64,000 nt of DNA from Patescibacteria group bacterium (GCA_028286885.1 JAQBQS010000010.1:19148-83147); one strand, 5' to 3'. Numbered from the stretch's first letter, positions 29,585 through 39,650 are shown. A program made the numbers and translations. The notes: generated by a model not told the origin, from the letters alone.

Positions 29585-29794
29585 TTATGGAAGCTGATAT
29601 GGTTCGGCTGCAGGCTTGTCCTTCAATTTATCGTAAGTTCTTCCGTTGCCAAGAGGCGAAAGCTCTTCTTGATATTTATCATTCGCACTTCCGGTTTGAA
29701 CGGCTCTTTGCGGTCCTCCGGAAATAATCCATGCGACGAAGAGAAGAATCATGAACGCTACGAATCCGCCCAATACTTGATGGTGTCCTTTCAT
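29585..29794 (-). CDS. small membrane-anchored hypothetical protein
   Basis: TM segment then WIISGGPQR. Confidence 0.6.
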   Translation of the reverse strand: MKGHHQVLGGFVAFMILLFVAWIISGGPQRAVQTGSANDKYQEELSPLGNGRTYDKLKDKPAAEPYQLP

Positions 29795-29832
29795 GCGCAA
29801 AGTATATCTGAAAAACCAGTTTCCGAAAACAG

Positions 29833-30321
29833 CTATCGATCGAGAAATCTATAGAGAATAATTCCCGCCGCAACCGAAACATTCAAGGATTCCTTGGTTC
29901 CATTCATTGGAATTTCAGCAATGGCGTCGCATTGTGCCAAAAGTTCCGGCGCGATTCCCGTTGTTTCAGTCCCCATGAGAATCGCTATTTTCTCCGATAG
30001 TTCTATATCTTTGTAATCTGCTGAATTCTTGTCCTGCTCTATGCCGATAACCTGAAACCCTTCTTCCTTTAATTTTTTGACCGCCGAGAAAACATCATCT
30101 GAATATTCCCACGCAACCGAATGCTCCGCCCCAAGCGATGCCTTGGCAAAATCCGTCCGCACGCGGCCGAACCGGTCGATCGGCGTCGGCGTGTAACCCG
30201 ACAAAACAATGCGTGAAACCCCGATCGCATCGGCAGTTCGAAACATCGCGCCGACATTTATGACGCTTCGGATATCGTGCAATACCAGAACGGATTCTGT
30301 TTTTTTATAATCTCGTTCCAT
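29833..30321 (-). CDS. TrmH/SpoU family RNA methyltransferase
   Basis: NVGAMFRTAD, GTETTGI, IPMNGTKESLNVSVA. Confidence 0.95.
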   Translation of the reverse strand: MERDYKKTESVLVLHDIRSVINVGAMFRTADAIGVSRIVLSGYTPTPIDRFGRVRTDFAKASLGAEHSVAWEYSDDVFSAVKKLKEEGFQVIGIEQDKNSADYKDIELSEKIAILMGTETTGIAPELLAQCDAIAEIPMNGTKESLNVSVAAGIILYRFLDR

Positions 30322-30838
30322 ACTTTTTTGATCTCAAGAATCGAATTACTAAAATAACCGCCATTCCAAAAACGATCGCTGCGATGAGGCCGTAATAAAA
30401 GTTTTTAAATAATGATGCGGCGCCGATCGCTATGAGCCATAGACTTGCATAATAGAGGATATCGCCTAACAGGTTGAAGAAAGCGCTCTCCCAGAAGGGA
30501 AGCTCCATATAGCCCGCTATGCACGAGTTAAGCCACGGGAAGCTGAAGTTCCCGAGCAAGAAAAGAGCAAGCCACCGCTTGTACCTGCTCTCTCGAAAAG
30601 AGAACAGCTTCGCAAGGCGATCAACGAACGCCCCGACTTTTGAGCGGGGAAATTTTCTTTTGAGAAATCTGCCGAGAAAATAGCCGGCAACAATATCAAT
30701 GAGCGTCGCAATCAAAAACAATATATGAATGACGGACGCAGGATAAACGCCTTTGTGCGTTGCAAAGATGAGCGAAGTAAGCGTCGCTGTTTCCTGGAGC
30801 AAGAGAACGGCGAATGCGAGCAAAAGTTTCGCGATCAT
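30305..30838 (-). CDS. membrane protein (distant DedA-like)
   Basis: multiple TM segments, DIVAGYFLGR. Confidence 0.75.
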   Translation of the reverse strand: MIAKLLLAFAVLLLQETATLTSLIFATHKGVYPASVIHILFLIATLIDIVAGYFLGRFLKRKFPRSKVGAFVDRLAKLFSFRESRYKRWLALFLLGNFSFPWLNSCIAGYMELPFWESAFFNLLGDILYYASLWLIAIGAASLFKNFYYGLIAAIVFGMAVILVIRFLRSKKYGTRL

Positions 30839-30839
30839 G

Positions 30840-30912
30840 TGTGTCCGGTTGGAATCGAACCAACGACCCTCTGCTTAAAAGGCAGGTGCTCTACCGACTG
30901 AGCTACGGACAC
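30840..30912 (-). tRNA. tRNA-Lys(TTT)
   Basis: GTGTCCGTAGCTCAGTCGGTAGAGC...CTTTTAA loop...GGTTCGATTCC. Confidence 0.96.
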
Positions 30913-31379
30913 ATGCGTGATACTATAGAATAAAATCGCTATAAAATCAAGAAAAATCCCCTTTGCGGGGGACTTTAACGTTAAGGATGAATTAGGTTCT
31001 GTAATACGCGCGATAGCTCTGGGCATGTATGAGAAGTCCCATCACTGCAAAATAAAGAAAAAGAAAGAATGGTGCCATAATGTTTAGTTTTGATGACTAT
31101 ACACTTAAACCGAGTTATCCACAAGAATCTTTTTAATTTCATTTGCGGTCTTGCAAGAAGAGCGTATACTTATATCGAACCAATGACTTCTCCGGGTTGA
31201 ACTCTAGCCAAGTTATGGCATTCAACATCCAACCCACGCTGTCATCTCTGCTCTTTATTTTGTTCTTTCACATGATGTTTACAAAACAACCCTGTGTCTA
31301 AAAAACTTAATATTAGAGTCGAGTCCATTATACAAGCCTTTCATTCTCATGATCGGCTTTTCTTTTTGCTTAAATAAGA

Positions 31380-31682
31380 TTATTTGTCATTTTTTCCCGC
31401 GTAATGCTTGTTCCCCCATGCAGCCATCGCCTCAAGGATTGGAACGAGATCCAGTCCTTTTTTTGTAAGTATGTATTTTTCATTATTCTTGTCGACAATT
31501 CCCATCGATTCCAATTTCGCAAGGCGCATCGAAAGCGTGCGCGGATTAATGCCCGACTCGTCCTGCATGGCGCAGAAACCGGAACATCCCTGCGACAAGG
31601 CAAGGACGAGCTTCGGCGTCCACTTGTCGCCCAATATTTCAGTCGCGTGCGCGACGCAGAGTTGTTCTTTGTGTTCATTCAT
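31380..31682 (-). CDS. HxlR family transcriptional regulator
   Basis: C...EILGDKWT, INPRTLSMRL, Y.LT.KG.DL.PIL..M..WG. Confidence 0.92.
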   Translation of the reverse strand: MNEHKEQLCVAHATEILGDKWTPKLVLALSQGCSGFCAMQDESGINPRTLSMRLAKLESMGIVDKNNEKYILTKKGLDLVPILEAMAAWGNKHYAGKNDK

Positions 31683-31764
31683 AGTTTGACTTTGGGCCGT
31701 CGATTTACTATACTTTATATAGTAGCCGAAAGCGGCTCATTTAGCAACCTCATTGAATCAAATT

Positions 31765-32400
31765 ATGCCCCCAACCACAACCCTACAGTCCATGAGCTGG
31801 CGTTACGCCGTGAAAAAATACGATACCGAAAAGAAACTTACTTCCGAACAATTAAACCTCGCCAAAGAATCCCTTCGGCTTTCCCCTTCCTCGACAGGAG
31901 TCGAGGCTTGGAAATTTATCCATGTCACCAATCCGGAGACGCGCGCAAAGCTCCGCGAAGCTGCCTACGGACAATCTCCAATCACCGACGCATCGGATTT
32001 GTTCATTCTGGCTCCGCACAAAACGATTGACGGAGCATTTGTCGACACCAAGATGAATGACATAGCAACGCTCCGAGAAATGCCCGTTGAAAACTTGAAA
32101 GGATATTCCGACATGCTAAACGGCGTAATTGCTGCGCACGGCGAAAACCTCAGCCACTGGCTCGCGCATCAGGTTTACATCGCGCTCGGCGTCGCGATCG
32201 CAAATCTTGCCGCTAATCAAATCGACGCAACGCCAATGGAAGGATTCGATTCGCAAAAGTTCGATGAAATTCTTGGACTTTCTGAACTCGGACTTCACGC
32301 GCAGGTCATCCTCGCTATCGGATTCCGAGCGGACGACGATCAGCATGCAACGCTTCCAAAATACCGCCGTGATGCAAAAGATATTTTTATCGAGAGATAA
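31765..32400 (+). CDS. nitroreductase (NfsB-like)
   Basis: WRYAVKKYD, LSPSS, IDATPMEGFD. Confidence 0.94.
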   Translation: MPPTTTLQSMSWRYAVKKYDTEKKLTSEQLNLAKESLRLSPSSTGVEAWKFIHVTNPETRAKLREAAYGQSPITDASDLFILAPHKTIDGAFVDTKMNDIATLREMPVENLKGYSDMLNGVIAAHGENLSHWLAHQVYIALGVAIANLAANQIDATPMEGFDSQKFDEILGLSELGLHAQVILAIGFRADDDQHATLPKYRRDAKDIFIER

Positions 32401-32401
32401 A

Positions 32402-32437
32402 CCTCTCCCCTAACCCCTCTCCTGCAAGGAGAGGGGA
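32402..32437. repeat. REP-like repeat
   Basis: CCTCTCCCCTAA-CCCCTCTCCT-GCA-AGGAGAGGGG. Confidence 0.75.
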
Positions 32438-32467
32438 ACCGAACAAAAAAACACCGCACGGTGTTTT

Positions 32468-33112
32468 TTATTTTTTGAGAATCGGCATCGTCAAGAAAAA
32501 CTCTTCGAGCCTCTCGCGCATCTCAAGCCCGCCTTTGCGCGACTCGTGATAAACAGAAACAAGCTTGCGAGCCATTTCGTGAAGCTGCTCTTGGTTAAAT
32601 GATGAATTTTTCTTAGTCATCATATCTTTCAATTTCCACCAAATCATTCCGTGCGTCGGCTCCATTTCGCCTGATTGTGCAACTTGCGCAAGCAAAATCC
32701 AAGACTTTTTCTTGTCACCTGCGGCAAACGCGCTTACAAGAGAGAACGGATCAAACAATGCTTTTGCCGCCGCCTTTTCGGCGATGGTATGGATTTTTGC
32801 AAAGGGTTCAAGTTTTCTCGCATCCCCGACAAGCAGTTTTTCGACTGTGATCAGAATGTCATGCGGCGCGTTCGACAAGCTTTCCGCTTTCTCTATAAGC
32901 AATTCCTTCGCATCCTCATCGTCAAGAATGCCGCCTAGGATAAACAATTTCTTTTCTCCAAAAAGAGAAGGCGTCTGCACCTCGTCAAAGGCCGCTGCCG
33001 ATTCTCTCGCTTCCCTTCTCTCGATGTTTCCAAGTTCCGCGAAAGGCGCAATGATTTCTTGGTATTTTTTTTCAAACGCAGGCGTTCGTTTTCCGACAAT
33101 AATTGTAATCAT
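32468..33112 (-). CDS. holA: short DNA polymerase III delta-like subunit
   Basis: TPSLFGEKKLFIL motif, FDPFSLVSA, RLEEFFL end; only 214 aa. Confidence 0.65.
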   Translation of the reverse strand: MITIIVGKRTPAFEKKYQEIIAPFAELGNIERREARESAAAFDEVQTPSLFGEKKLFILGGILDDEDAKELLIEKAESLSNAPHDILITVEKLLVGDARKLEPFAKIHTIAEKAAAKALFDPFSLVSAFAAGDKKKSWILLAQVAQSGEMEPTHGMIWWKLKDMMTKKNSSFNQEQLHEMARKLVSVYHESRKGGLEMRERLEEFFLTMPILKK

Positions 33113-33121
33113 ATTAAAATG

Positions 33122-33601
33122 TTAGAACCACATGCGCACCCGGCCCTGGTAATCGCGGTAAACCTGGCCCACTGACTTGATCATGAATGCTTCCTCCCAC
33201 GGCGCAAACCACATCGTCATCATCGCCCAAAACAGCACTGCGAGAATCGCCATGACTGTCGAGTTGATCGCGAGCGCAAGGCCCCAGAAAATAATCCCGA
33301 GCGAAAGAGATCCGGGATGCCGGCTGTAGCGATACGGTCCCTGCATCAAATCCGTAAGTGTCGGCGCTGAAACGCTGTGAACGTTTTTGCTGATGAACTT
33401 TTGTGCCCAAAACGACAAACCTGTTCCAAGAAGAACAAGGAACGCTCCGATGCCGAGGAACAAATTCTGGAGAAGCAGTGTCTTGAAAAGCGTTGCGGGG
33501 ATCAAGAGATCAAGCCCGAATGACAGCGCGAGTCCCATAAGAAACAGGATCGGCGCTACGGACACTACTCCCACGAACGTTTGAAAGGGTCGGTTTTGCA
33601 T
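33122..33601 (-). CDS. isoprenylcysteine carboxylmethyltransferase family membrane protein
   Basis: GPYRYSRHP, EEAFM...Y.DY..RV. Confidence 0.88.
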   Translation of the reverse strand: MQNRPFQTFVGVVSVAPILFLMGLALSFGLDLLIPATLFKTLLLQNLFLGIGAFLVLLGTGLSFWAQKFISKNVHSVSAPTLTDLMQGPYRYSRHPGSLSLGIIFWGLALAINSTVMAILAVLFWAMMTMWFAPWEEAFMIKSVGQVYRDYQGRVRMWF

Positions 33602-33706
33602 AGGGGGATTATAGCGCAAAAATGCCAAGCTGCCATCTTGACGTTTTTGGGAAATAAAAAAAGAGAAGCTGTTCCGGGGAACAATTTCTCTTTATAAACT
33701 TCTTTT

Positions 33707-34147
33707 TCAATAATACCCGAACGCTGCGACACTTGTGTGATACATCGCGTTTAAGATTTGACCAACCCTCGCCTGTCTCTCTTGATCTTTCAACTTTTGA
33801 GGAGAAATGTAGAGATTTTGATAGGGGCTTTGGGATATCGGCTGCGAATTTTGATTCTTCAGTTTTACGATATCCGCGTACATTTTCATAGATACTTCTG
33901 CTTTGGCATTCCCTTTGTAGAGAGTTACCGTTTCGCAGTTCGTCTGAATCGAGTCAGGATTCGACGTGCCTGCGAGGACAGCTGTCATCTTGGCCATACT
34001 TTTTGTGAAGGCGTTGATGTCTTTAGTCTTTGCAGAATCTACGTTGATCGTTACATTCTGTGCGCTTGCAGCAACTGCCATCAGAAGGATGAAAGCGATC
34101 AGAAGAATAGTTGGCAGCAGGCTTGGCTTTTGGTTGCAATTTGTCAT
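33707..34147 (-). CDS. secreted hypothetical protein (orphan)
   Basis: signal peptide ASA|Q; TTGACA at 34240-34235. Confidence 0.75.
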   Translation of the reverse strand: MTNCNQKPSLLPTILLIAFILLMAVAASAQNVTINVDSAKTKDINAFTKSMAKMTAVLAGTSNPDSIQTNCETVTLYKGNAKAEVSMKMYADIVKLKNQNSQPISQSPYQNLYISPQKLKDQERQARVGQILNAMYHTSVAAFGYY

Positions 34148-34276
34148 TGGTATTGATTTTATGTTTTATTTAATTGGTTTAAAAGATCTTGATTTCTAAG
34201 GCTATGCTACTATATTAGCATAATATTTACTAAATGTCAAGTAATGAAAAAGCCCTTACTTGAAGGGCTTAAATGA

Positions 34277-35086
34277 CTATTTAGCAACAAGATTCAGGAA
34301 TAAGCACGCAACGGTTACGGGTCCTACCCCGCCCGGAACAGGAGTCATCAGCGACGCAATTTCGGCGCATGCAGGGTCAATGTCCCCGACCAGCTTGCCC
34401 GCCTGCTCGCTCGTTCCCGCGTCAATCAGGACTGCGCCTTCTTTAATCATTTCGGGTTTGATCATGTGGGGCGATCCGACGCCTGTAATGATGATGTCCG
34501 CGGATTTCATTCGCAAGATCTTTTCCTCCTCCGGTGTATTCTTGTCGATGACATGAAAAGGGATGCCGTTGCGAGAAATCATCGTAGCCACCGGCTCGCC
34601 TACAAGTTTTCCATTTCCGACAATCAGAATTTCTTTTTCCTCGAGAGAAATGTCGTAGTAGTCCAAAATCTCGATGACTGCCCGCGCAACCGGAGGAGCA
34701 ATTTCGGAGTCTTCGCGGACGAAGAAATTCTTTGCGGCTGTGCTGAGCACATCGACATCGAGCCTTGCCGGAACGCTGTCGAGCACTTTCTGCACGTCCA
34801 TATGCCTTGGGAGCGGAAGCTGCACGACAATCCCGTCAAATCCCTCTTGCGCAAGGCTTGCAACAAGTTCGCACGCTGTGTCCGTGTCCGCATTGCCAGA
34901 AAATTCCTGGACCGAAACTGAAATGCCAAGCCGCTCGGCAACGCGCGTTTTCATGCCGACAAATTGAACGCTTGCTGCGTGCTCGCCAAACATGACGAAA
35001 CAGATCTTCTTTTGATCAGTATTCGCCAGGCGGTTCTTGACCCGCCCTTCAATTGCGGCTGCGATAAGTTTTCCGTCTGCAATCAT
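34277..35086 (-). CDS. folD: methylenetetrahydrofolate dehydrogenase/cyclohydrolase
   Basis: GIVVQLPLP, DVD, TPVPGGVGPVTVA. Confidence 0.96.
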   Translation of the reverse strand: MIADGKLIAAAIEGRVKNRLANTDQKKICFVMFGEHAASVQFVGMKTRVAERLGISVSVQEFSGNADTDTACELVASLAQEGFDGIVVQLPLPRHMDVQKVLDSVPARLDVDVLSTAAKNFFVREDSEIAPPVARAVIEILDYYDISLEEKEILIVGNGKLVGEPVATMISRNGIPFHVIDKNTPEEEKILRMKSADIIITGVGSPHMIKPEMIKEGAVLIDAGTSEQAGKLVGDIDPACAEIASLMTPVPGGVGPVTVACLFLNLVAK

Positions 35087-35233
35087 GGCTGCAGTATACA
35101 TTACTGTGTTAATACTTTCTGAATTTCCCATTTTTATTAATTTGTTTGTCCTAAAGGTACTTCATCTTTGCGTTTGTGTCAATGGTTCCTGTTTTACAAA
35201 GCGCCGGGATCGATTCTGGTATAATCGTCATCT

Positions 35234-35749
35234 ATGACCAAACCCATAACAGAACTCATCAATCTCATCAACGAGCCGAACCGCAGCCGATGCAGCCAAT
35301 TGCTTGCGGATTATTCTGAGCGGTTTGCGCTGGCTCCCGGATCAAAAACAAAACATCAGGCATGGCCGGGCGGCTACCTCGACCATGTGGCAGAAATAAT
35401 GAATCTCGCGAAAATCCTTTATGAAACGACGAGCTCCATTCGCCAACTTCCCTTCTCGCTCGGCAGTGCGATTCTTGTTTTATTTTTGCATGACTTGGAA
35501 AAGCCGTTTAAATATGTCGAGCCGACAATGCATTTTCAAGATGACACAGCCAAAGAGAATTTCATATCCGATATGATCGCAAGGTATTCCATCAAGCTTT
35601 CTGATGACGAGCAAAACGCATTGAAATATATTCACGGCGAAGGACACGATTATAATTCAAATACTCGCGTCCAAGGCCCGCTCGCCGCGTTCGTACATAT
35701 CTGCGACACATGGAGCGCGAGGATCTGGTTTGATTTTCCGAAGAAATAA
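35234..35749 (+). CDS. HD-domain phosphohydrolase
   Basis: HQAWPGGYLDH, LHDLEK, IHG, HICD. Confidence 0.88.
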   Translation: MTKPITELINLINEPNRSRCSQLLADYSERFALAPGSKTKHQAWPGGYLDHVAEIMNLAKILYETTSSIRQLPFSLGSAILVLFLHDLEKPFKYVEPTMHFQDDTAKENFISDMIARYSIKLSDDEQNALKYIHGEGHDYNSNTRVQGPLAAFVHICDTWSARIWFDFPKK

Positions 35750-35752
35750 ATT

Positions 35753-36205
35753 ATGAATGATAAAAAATTCCTCCAAGAAACTTATCGATTTTTCAATGAG
35801 AAGAATATTTCTGTTTGGCTTTTCGGCGGCTGGGCCGAGGAACTGCGAGGAATGGTTGAACCAAGAAATCATAACGATATCGATTTCCTCTATCTCGCCG
35901 AGAATTTCAATACATTGGATGAACTGATTCGAAACGAAAAACTCGAAGAGATTCTTGCAAAAAGGCTTCATCACAAAAGAGCTCTCTTGATTAATGGCAT
36001 CATGATTGAATTTATCCTCGTCACTGTTATCGAACACCGGTTCGTGACAAAATTTTTCGGGACATATGACTATGAATGGCCATCGGATATTTTCAGCGAT
36101 TCCGAATTGAGCGGAATAAAAATTGTTTCTAAAAATACGCTTTCCTTCTATCGTAATAATTACTCCAAGATTGCAGAACTTTCAAGAAAATATTTTGATA
36201 AATAA
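35753..36205 (+). CDS. nucleotidyltransferase (ANT(2'')/lincosamide NTase-like)
   Basis: WLFGGW...RNHNDIDF. Confidence 0.8.
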   Translation: MNDKKFLQETYRFFNEKNISVWLFGGWAEELRGMVEPRNHNDIDFLYLAENFNTLDELIRNEKLEEILAKRLHHKRALLINGIMIEFILVTVIEHRFVTKFFGTYDYEWPSDIFSDSELSGIKIVSKNTLSFYRNNYSKIAELSRKYFDK

Positions 36206-36230
36206 AAAACTGCCTAGTGCAGTTTTTTAT

Positions 36231-38699
36231 TTACCCTTTCGTCTCTCCCCAATTCTTCCCGCTCCCGACCGACACTTCGATCGGAACGAGATTTTTTATT
36301 TCAAACGGGATCGTATCGAGGACATGCTCCATGGATTCCTTGATAATTTTCTTAGCTTGATCCAATACCGAATCCTCGCATTCAAATACCAATTCGTCAT
36401 GGATCTGCATGGTCATGTGAACCTTTGAATCCAAATTTTCTTTCTTCAAGTTTTCCTCAACTCGGATCATCGCGAGCTTGATCATGTCCGCCGCCGTTCC
36501 CTGAATAGGCGCATTTCCTGCGGCGCGTTCAGCCATAGCGCGCAAATACGGGAGCGGCGATTTCAGTCCTGTGAAGTTTCGCCTTCGTCCAAACAGCGTT
36601 GTTGTGAATCCGTTTTTCTTGGCCTGCATGATCGCGTCATCCATGTAATCCGAAAGTTTCGGAAGCTCGCGGAAATAGTTGTCGTAGAATTCCTGCGCCT
36701 CAGCACGGTTGGTACCGAGGTTTTTCTGAAGCGCCGTAACGCCCATGCCATACAAAATTCCGAAGTTGATCACTTTTGCCTGACGGCGCTGGTTATTGGA
36801 GACTTCGTTTTGTGCGACATGAAATACGCGAGATGCAACTGACGCATGAATGTCGCTGCCGGTGCGAAACGTTTCGACGAACGTCGGATCACCCGACATC
36901 ATCGCCGCAACACGGAGTTCGATCTGCGAGTAGTCCGCCGCAATGATGGAACTTCCCTTCGGAGCAATAAACGCCTGGCGGATTTCTCGGCCCATTTCAG
37001 ACTTGATCGGAATGTTCTGGATGTTCGGATTCTGCGAAGAGAATCTTCCCGTTGTTGTTCCCGCCTGGATGAGTTCCGGATGCAGCCGAGAAGCTCCATC
37101 CAGAAGCGTCGGAATGCTGTCGATATAGGTCGAGAGCAATTTCGCAAGTTCGCGATATTGGAAAATATCTGAAATGATCGGATGAATGCCTTCCAATTTC
37201 TGCAAATCTTCTTCGCGTGTCGAGTATGTTCCCGATGCCGTTTTCTTGACCTTGAACCCCTTGATATTGGTATGGAGCATCATTTCGCCAAACACGATTT
37301 CGCCGAGCTGCTTCGGAGAGCCGATATTGAACTCGTGTCCGGCATGCTTGTAAATTCTCTGCTCAACATCAATCAGTTCTTTATGAAGCTTCTCGGAAAG
37401 CTTTTTCAAGAAATCCGCGTCAATCAGAATCCCATATGACTGCATATCATTTAAAATCGGAATCAACGGGCATTCGATTTTTTCAAAAACAAATTCGAGA
37501 TTCTGTTTCTTGATCTCGTCCATCAAAATTGTGCGAGCTTCGTCTATTGTTGGTTTTCGAGTATAGGCCAGCACATCTGATGTCGTAATATTAGTCATGT
37601 CCGAATTAAGGAGCCACATGGCGATGCCGATATCCTTCGGCAATTGCTCGGCCGGCACGGAATTCTCCGCAGGATTAGGAGAGATGGCATCCGACTCTGC
37701 GGATGACGGAGGAGTAGTTTTTCTTGATCGATCAACGCCGGACTTGCGCTCGACTGAATTCTTGGATCCGTCAATCGCCTCCTTGAGTCTGGTGATCAGC
37801 GATCGGAACCCGTATTCGCGCATGAGCGCCTCGACATTCTCGGGAACGCACTCCTCGCACCAATGCCTTTCCGGAACTTTGAATTCAATCGGAGCATCGC
37901 GGCGGATCGTCGCAAGCGTTTTGGAAAAGATCGCGCCTTCCTCGTGCTCCTCAAGAAGTCCCACCATTCGTTCTTTGATTCCTGCGTCCAAAAACGCCTG
38001 GCGATCCTTGTGCAATTTCTTGTACATGTCTTCAAGTTTTCCGAATTTCAAAATGAGCTCGGTTGCGGTCTTCTCGCCGATACCCGGGACGCCGATGATG
38101 TTGTCTGACGGATCGCCGCGTAACCCCTTGTAATCCGGCAAGAGTTCCGGGCCGAATCCGAATCGCTCGATCACCGCATCCTCGTCGTAGACGACCGTCT
38201 CGTTTGCCTTCTTCTGCGTGAACACGCGGACTTTCTTGTCGTCGACAAGCTGGAGCGAATCCATGTCGCCAGTCGCAATCAGAATTTCCATATCCTTATT
38301 TTTTTTCTCCTGCTCGACAATCGTGCCGAGCATGTCGTCCGCCTCGAAGCCGGGAGTATCGTAAATGGGAATGCCGAGCTTCTCGCACAGTTCGCGCGAT
38401 GCCTTGATCTGGGTCACGAGCGCGTCGTCCGTCTTGGCGCGCGTTCCCTTGTATCCTTCATAGGCCTGATGCCGGAATGTCGGCTGCGGCAGGTCGTAGC
38501 ACGCGACGATGTAATCCGGCTTCCAGTCCGCCGCAATTCTGATAATCATCGAGGTAAATCCATACAGTCCGCCCGTAGGCATGCCTGCCTGGTTCATAAA
38601 ATCCGGCAATGCGTGATAGGCGCGATGAAGAAGCGCATGCGCATCAAGAAGCACGAGGCGTTTTTTTGTATTTGTTTTTAAGTCTTTTTTAGCTGGCAT
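36231..38699 (-). CDS. polA: DNA polymerase I
   Basis: 5'-3' exonuclease (GFEADD, GDPSDNI), DYSQIELR, AKVINFG, QIHDEL. Confidence 0.98.
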   Translation of the reverse strand: MPAKKDLKTNTKKRLVLLDAHALLHRAYHALPDFMNQAGMPTGGLYGFTSMIIRIAADWKPDYIVACYDLPQPTFRHQAYEGYKGTRAKTDDALVTQIKASRELCEKLGIPIYDTPGFEADDMLGTIVEQEKKNKDMEILIATGDMDSLQLVDDKKVRVFTQKKANETVVYDEDAVIERFGFGPELLPDYKGLRGDPSDNIIGVPGIGEKTATELILKFGKLEDMYKKLHKDRQAFLDAGIKERMVGLLEEHEEGAIFSKTLATIRRDAPIEFKVPERHWCEECVPENVEALMREYGFRSLITRLKEAIDGSKNSVERKSGVDRSRKTTPPSSAESDAISPNPAENSVPAEQLPKDIGIAMWLLNSDMTNITTSDVLAYTRKPTIDEARTILMDEIKKQNLEFVFEKIECPLIPILNDMQSYGILIDADFLKKLSEKLHKELIDVEQRIYKHAGHEFNIGSPKQLGEIVFGEMMLHTNIKGFKVKKTASGTYSTREEDLQKLEGIHPIISDIFQYRELAKLLSTYIDSIPTLLDGASRLHPELIQAGTTTGRFSSQNPNIQNIPIKSEMGREIRQAFIAPKGSSIIAADYSQIELRVAAMMSGDPTFVETFRTGSDIHASVASRVFHVAQNEVSNNQRRQAKVINFGILYGMGVTALQKNLGTNRAEAQEFYDNYFRELPKLSDYMDDAIMQAKKNGFTTTLFGRRRNFTGLKSPLPYLRAMAERAAGNAPIQGTAADMIKLAMIRVEENLKKENLDSKVHMTMQIHDELVFECEDSVLDQAKKIIKESMEHVLDTIPFEIKNLVPIEVSVGSGKNWGETKG

Positions 38700-38761
38700 G
38701 GAGTTATTATAGCAAATAAAAAGAGGCATTTCCTGACGGAAATGCCTCTAAGCGGTTTCTG

Positions 38762-39088
38762 CTACAAGGCCAGAACATCGATATTTTCAGAAGCAAGAGA
38801 CATTCCTCTCAGCTCCTCAAGAATCTCGTCCATACGCTCGTTGCCGTCATAAAATGAAACGCGCGCGATGTCGCCTTTAGAAACTTCCGAGGCTTTTATC
38901 TGAAACGACTCCTGTATTTTCCTTGCGATTTCCTTCAGGCTTCTCTCCGGATCGTTACCGACATAGTTGTTTATCACTATCAGATAGCGGCCTTCTTTTT
39001 CGTTTTCTGATTCCGACAGATTGGCGTTCATCGTAGCCTGGATATAGAATCCAAGTGTTGATTTGAAAATGTTGATGAATAAATTCAT
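38762..39088 (-). CDS. hypothetical protein (orphan)
   Basis: AT-rich leader; TTGACT/TGCTATACT promoter overlapping tsaE 3' end. Confidence 0.6.
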   Translation of the reverse strand: MNLFINIFKSTLGFYIQATMNANLSESENEKEGRYLIVINNYVGNDPERSLKEIARKIQESFQIKASEVSKGDIARVSFYDGNERMDEILEELRGMSLASENIDVLAL

Positions 39089-39155
39089 GTTTCTATTTTT
39101 AATTTTAAAATGATCTTGGGAAAAATTATCAAGGATCAGTATAGCATGTTTGACT

Positions 39156-39650
39156 TCAAAAGTCAATGCTTCGCAACGACTCGTCAACATGCGCCAAGGA
39201 AACCTTGATCGCCCACTTCGGCACTGCATCTTGGATCATTTCCGGCCACTCGATAATAACCAGATTGTCCGAATCCGAAAGCATCTCGTCCCAGCCGAGG
39301 TTTTTTATTTCTGCTGAAGATTCCAAGCGGTACATATCGCCATGAATTAAATATTTCCAAGAAGGCAGCTGCGCATCTTGCGCAGTGTCTCCCCCTTTTA
39401 GGGGGAGTGGTCGAGGCTCTGCGAGACCGAGGGGGTACTTCTTGTAAATAACATATGTCGGGCTTTGGAGATCGTTTTGCACGCCAAGTTGTTTAGCTAT
39501 TTCCTTGATCAGGGTTGTTTTGCCTGCCCCGAGATTTCCTGAAAGTGTAATAAGGGTTGCACGGTCAGGCGCGGCAAGCTTCGCTTGCCGCGCCTTTGCT
39601 ATCAGTTCCGCCGCAACCTCCCCTATTTGATTTTCAGCATACGTTTTCAT
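39156..39650 (-). CDS. tsaE: tRNA t6A biosynthesis ATPase TsaE
   Basis: GNLGAGKTT, SPTY, H.DMYRL, IIEW. Confidence 0.95.
   Translation of the reverse strand: MKTYAENQIGEVAAELIAKARQAKLAAPDRATLITLSGNLGAGKTTLIKEIAKQLGVQNDLQSPTYVIYKKYPLGLAEPRPLPLKGGDTAQDAQLPSWKYLIHGDMYRLESSAEIKNLGWDEMLSDSDNLVIIEWPEMIQDAVPKWAIKVSLAHVDESLRSIDF
39385..39438. repeat. REP-like repeat inserted in-frame in tsaE
   Basis: TGTCTCCCCCTTTTAGGGGGAGTG identical to 6203-6226; encodes PLGLAEPRPLPLKGGDT. Confidence 0.85.

Noticed and set aside
37650-37770. Intein or repeat insertion in polA
   Set aside because: Low-complexity linker without intein motifs or a palindrome; consistent with a reduced 3'-5' exonuclease region
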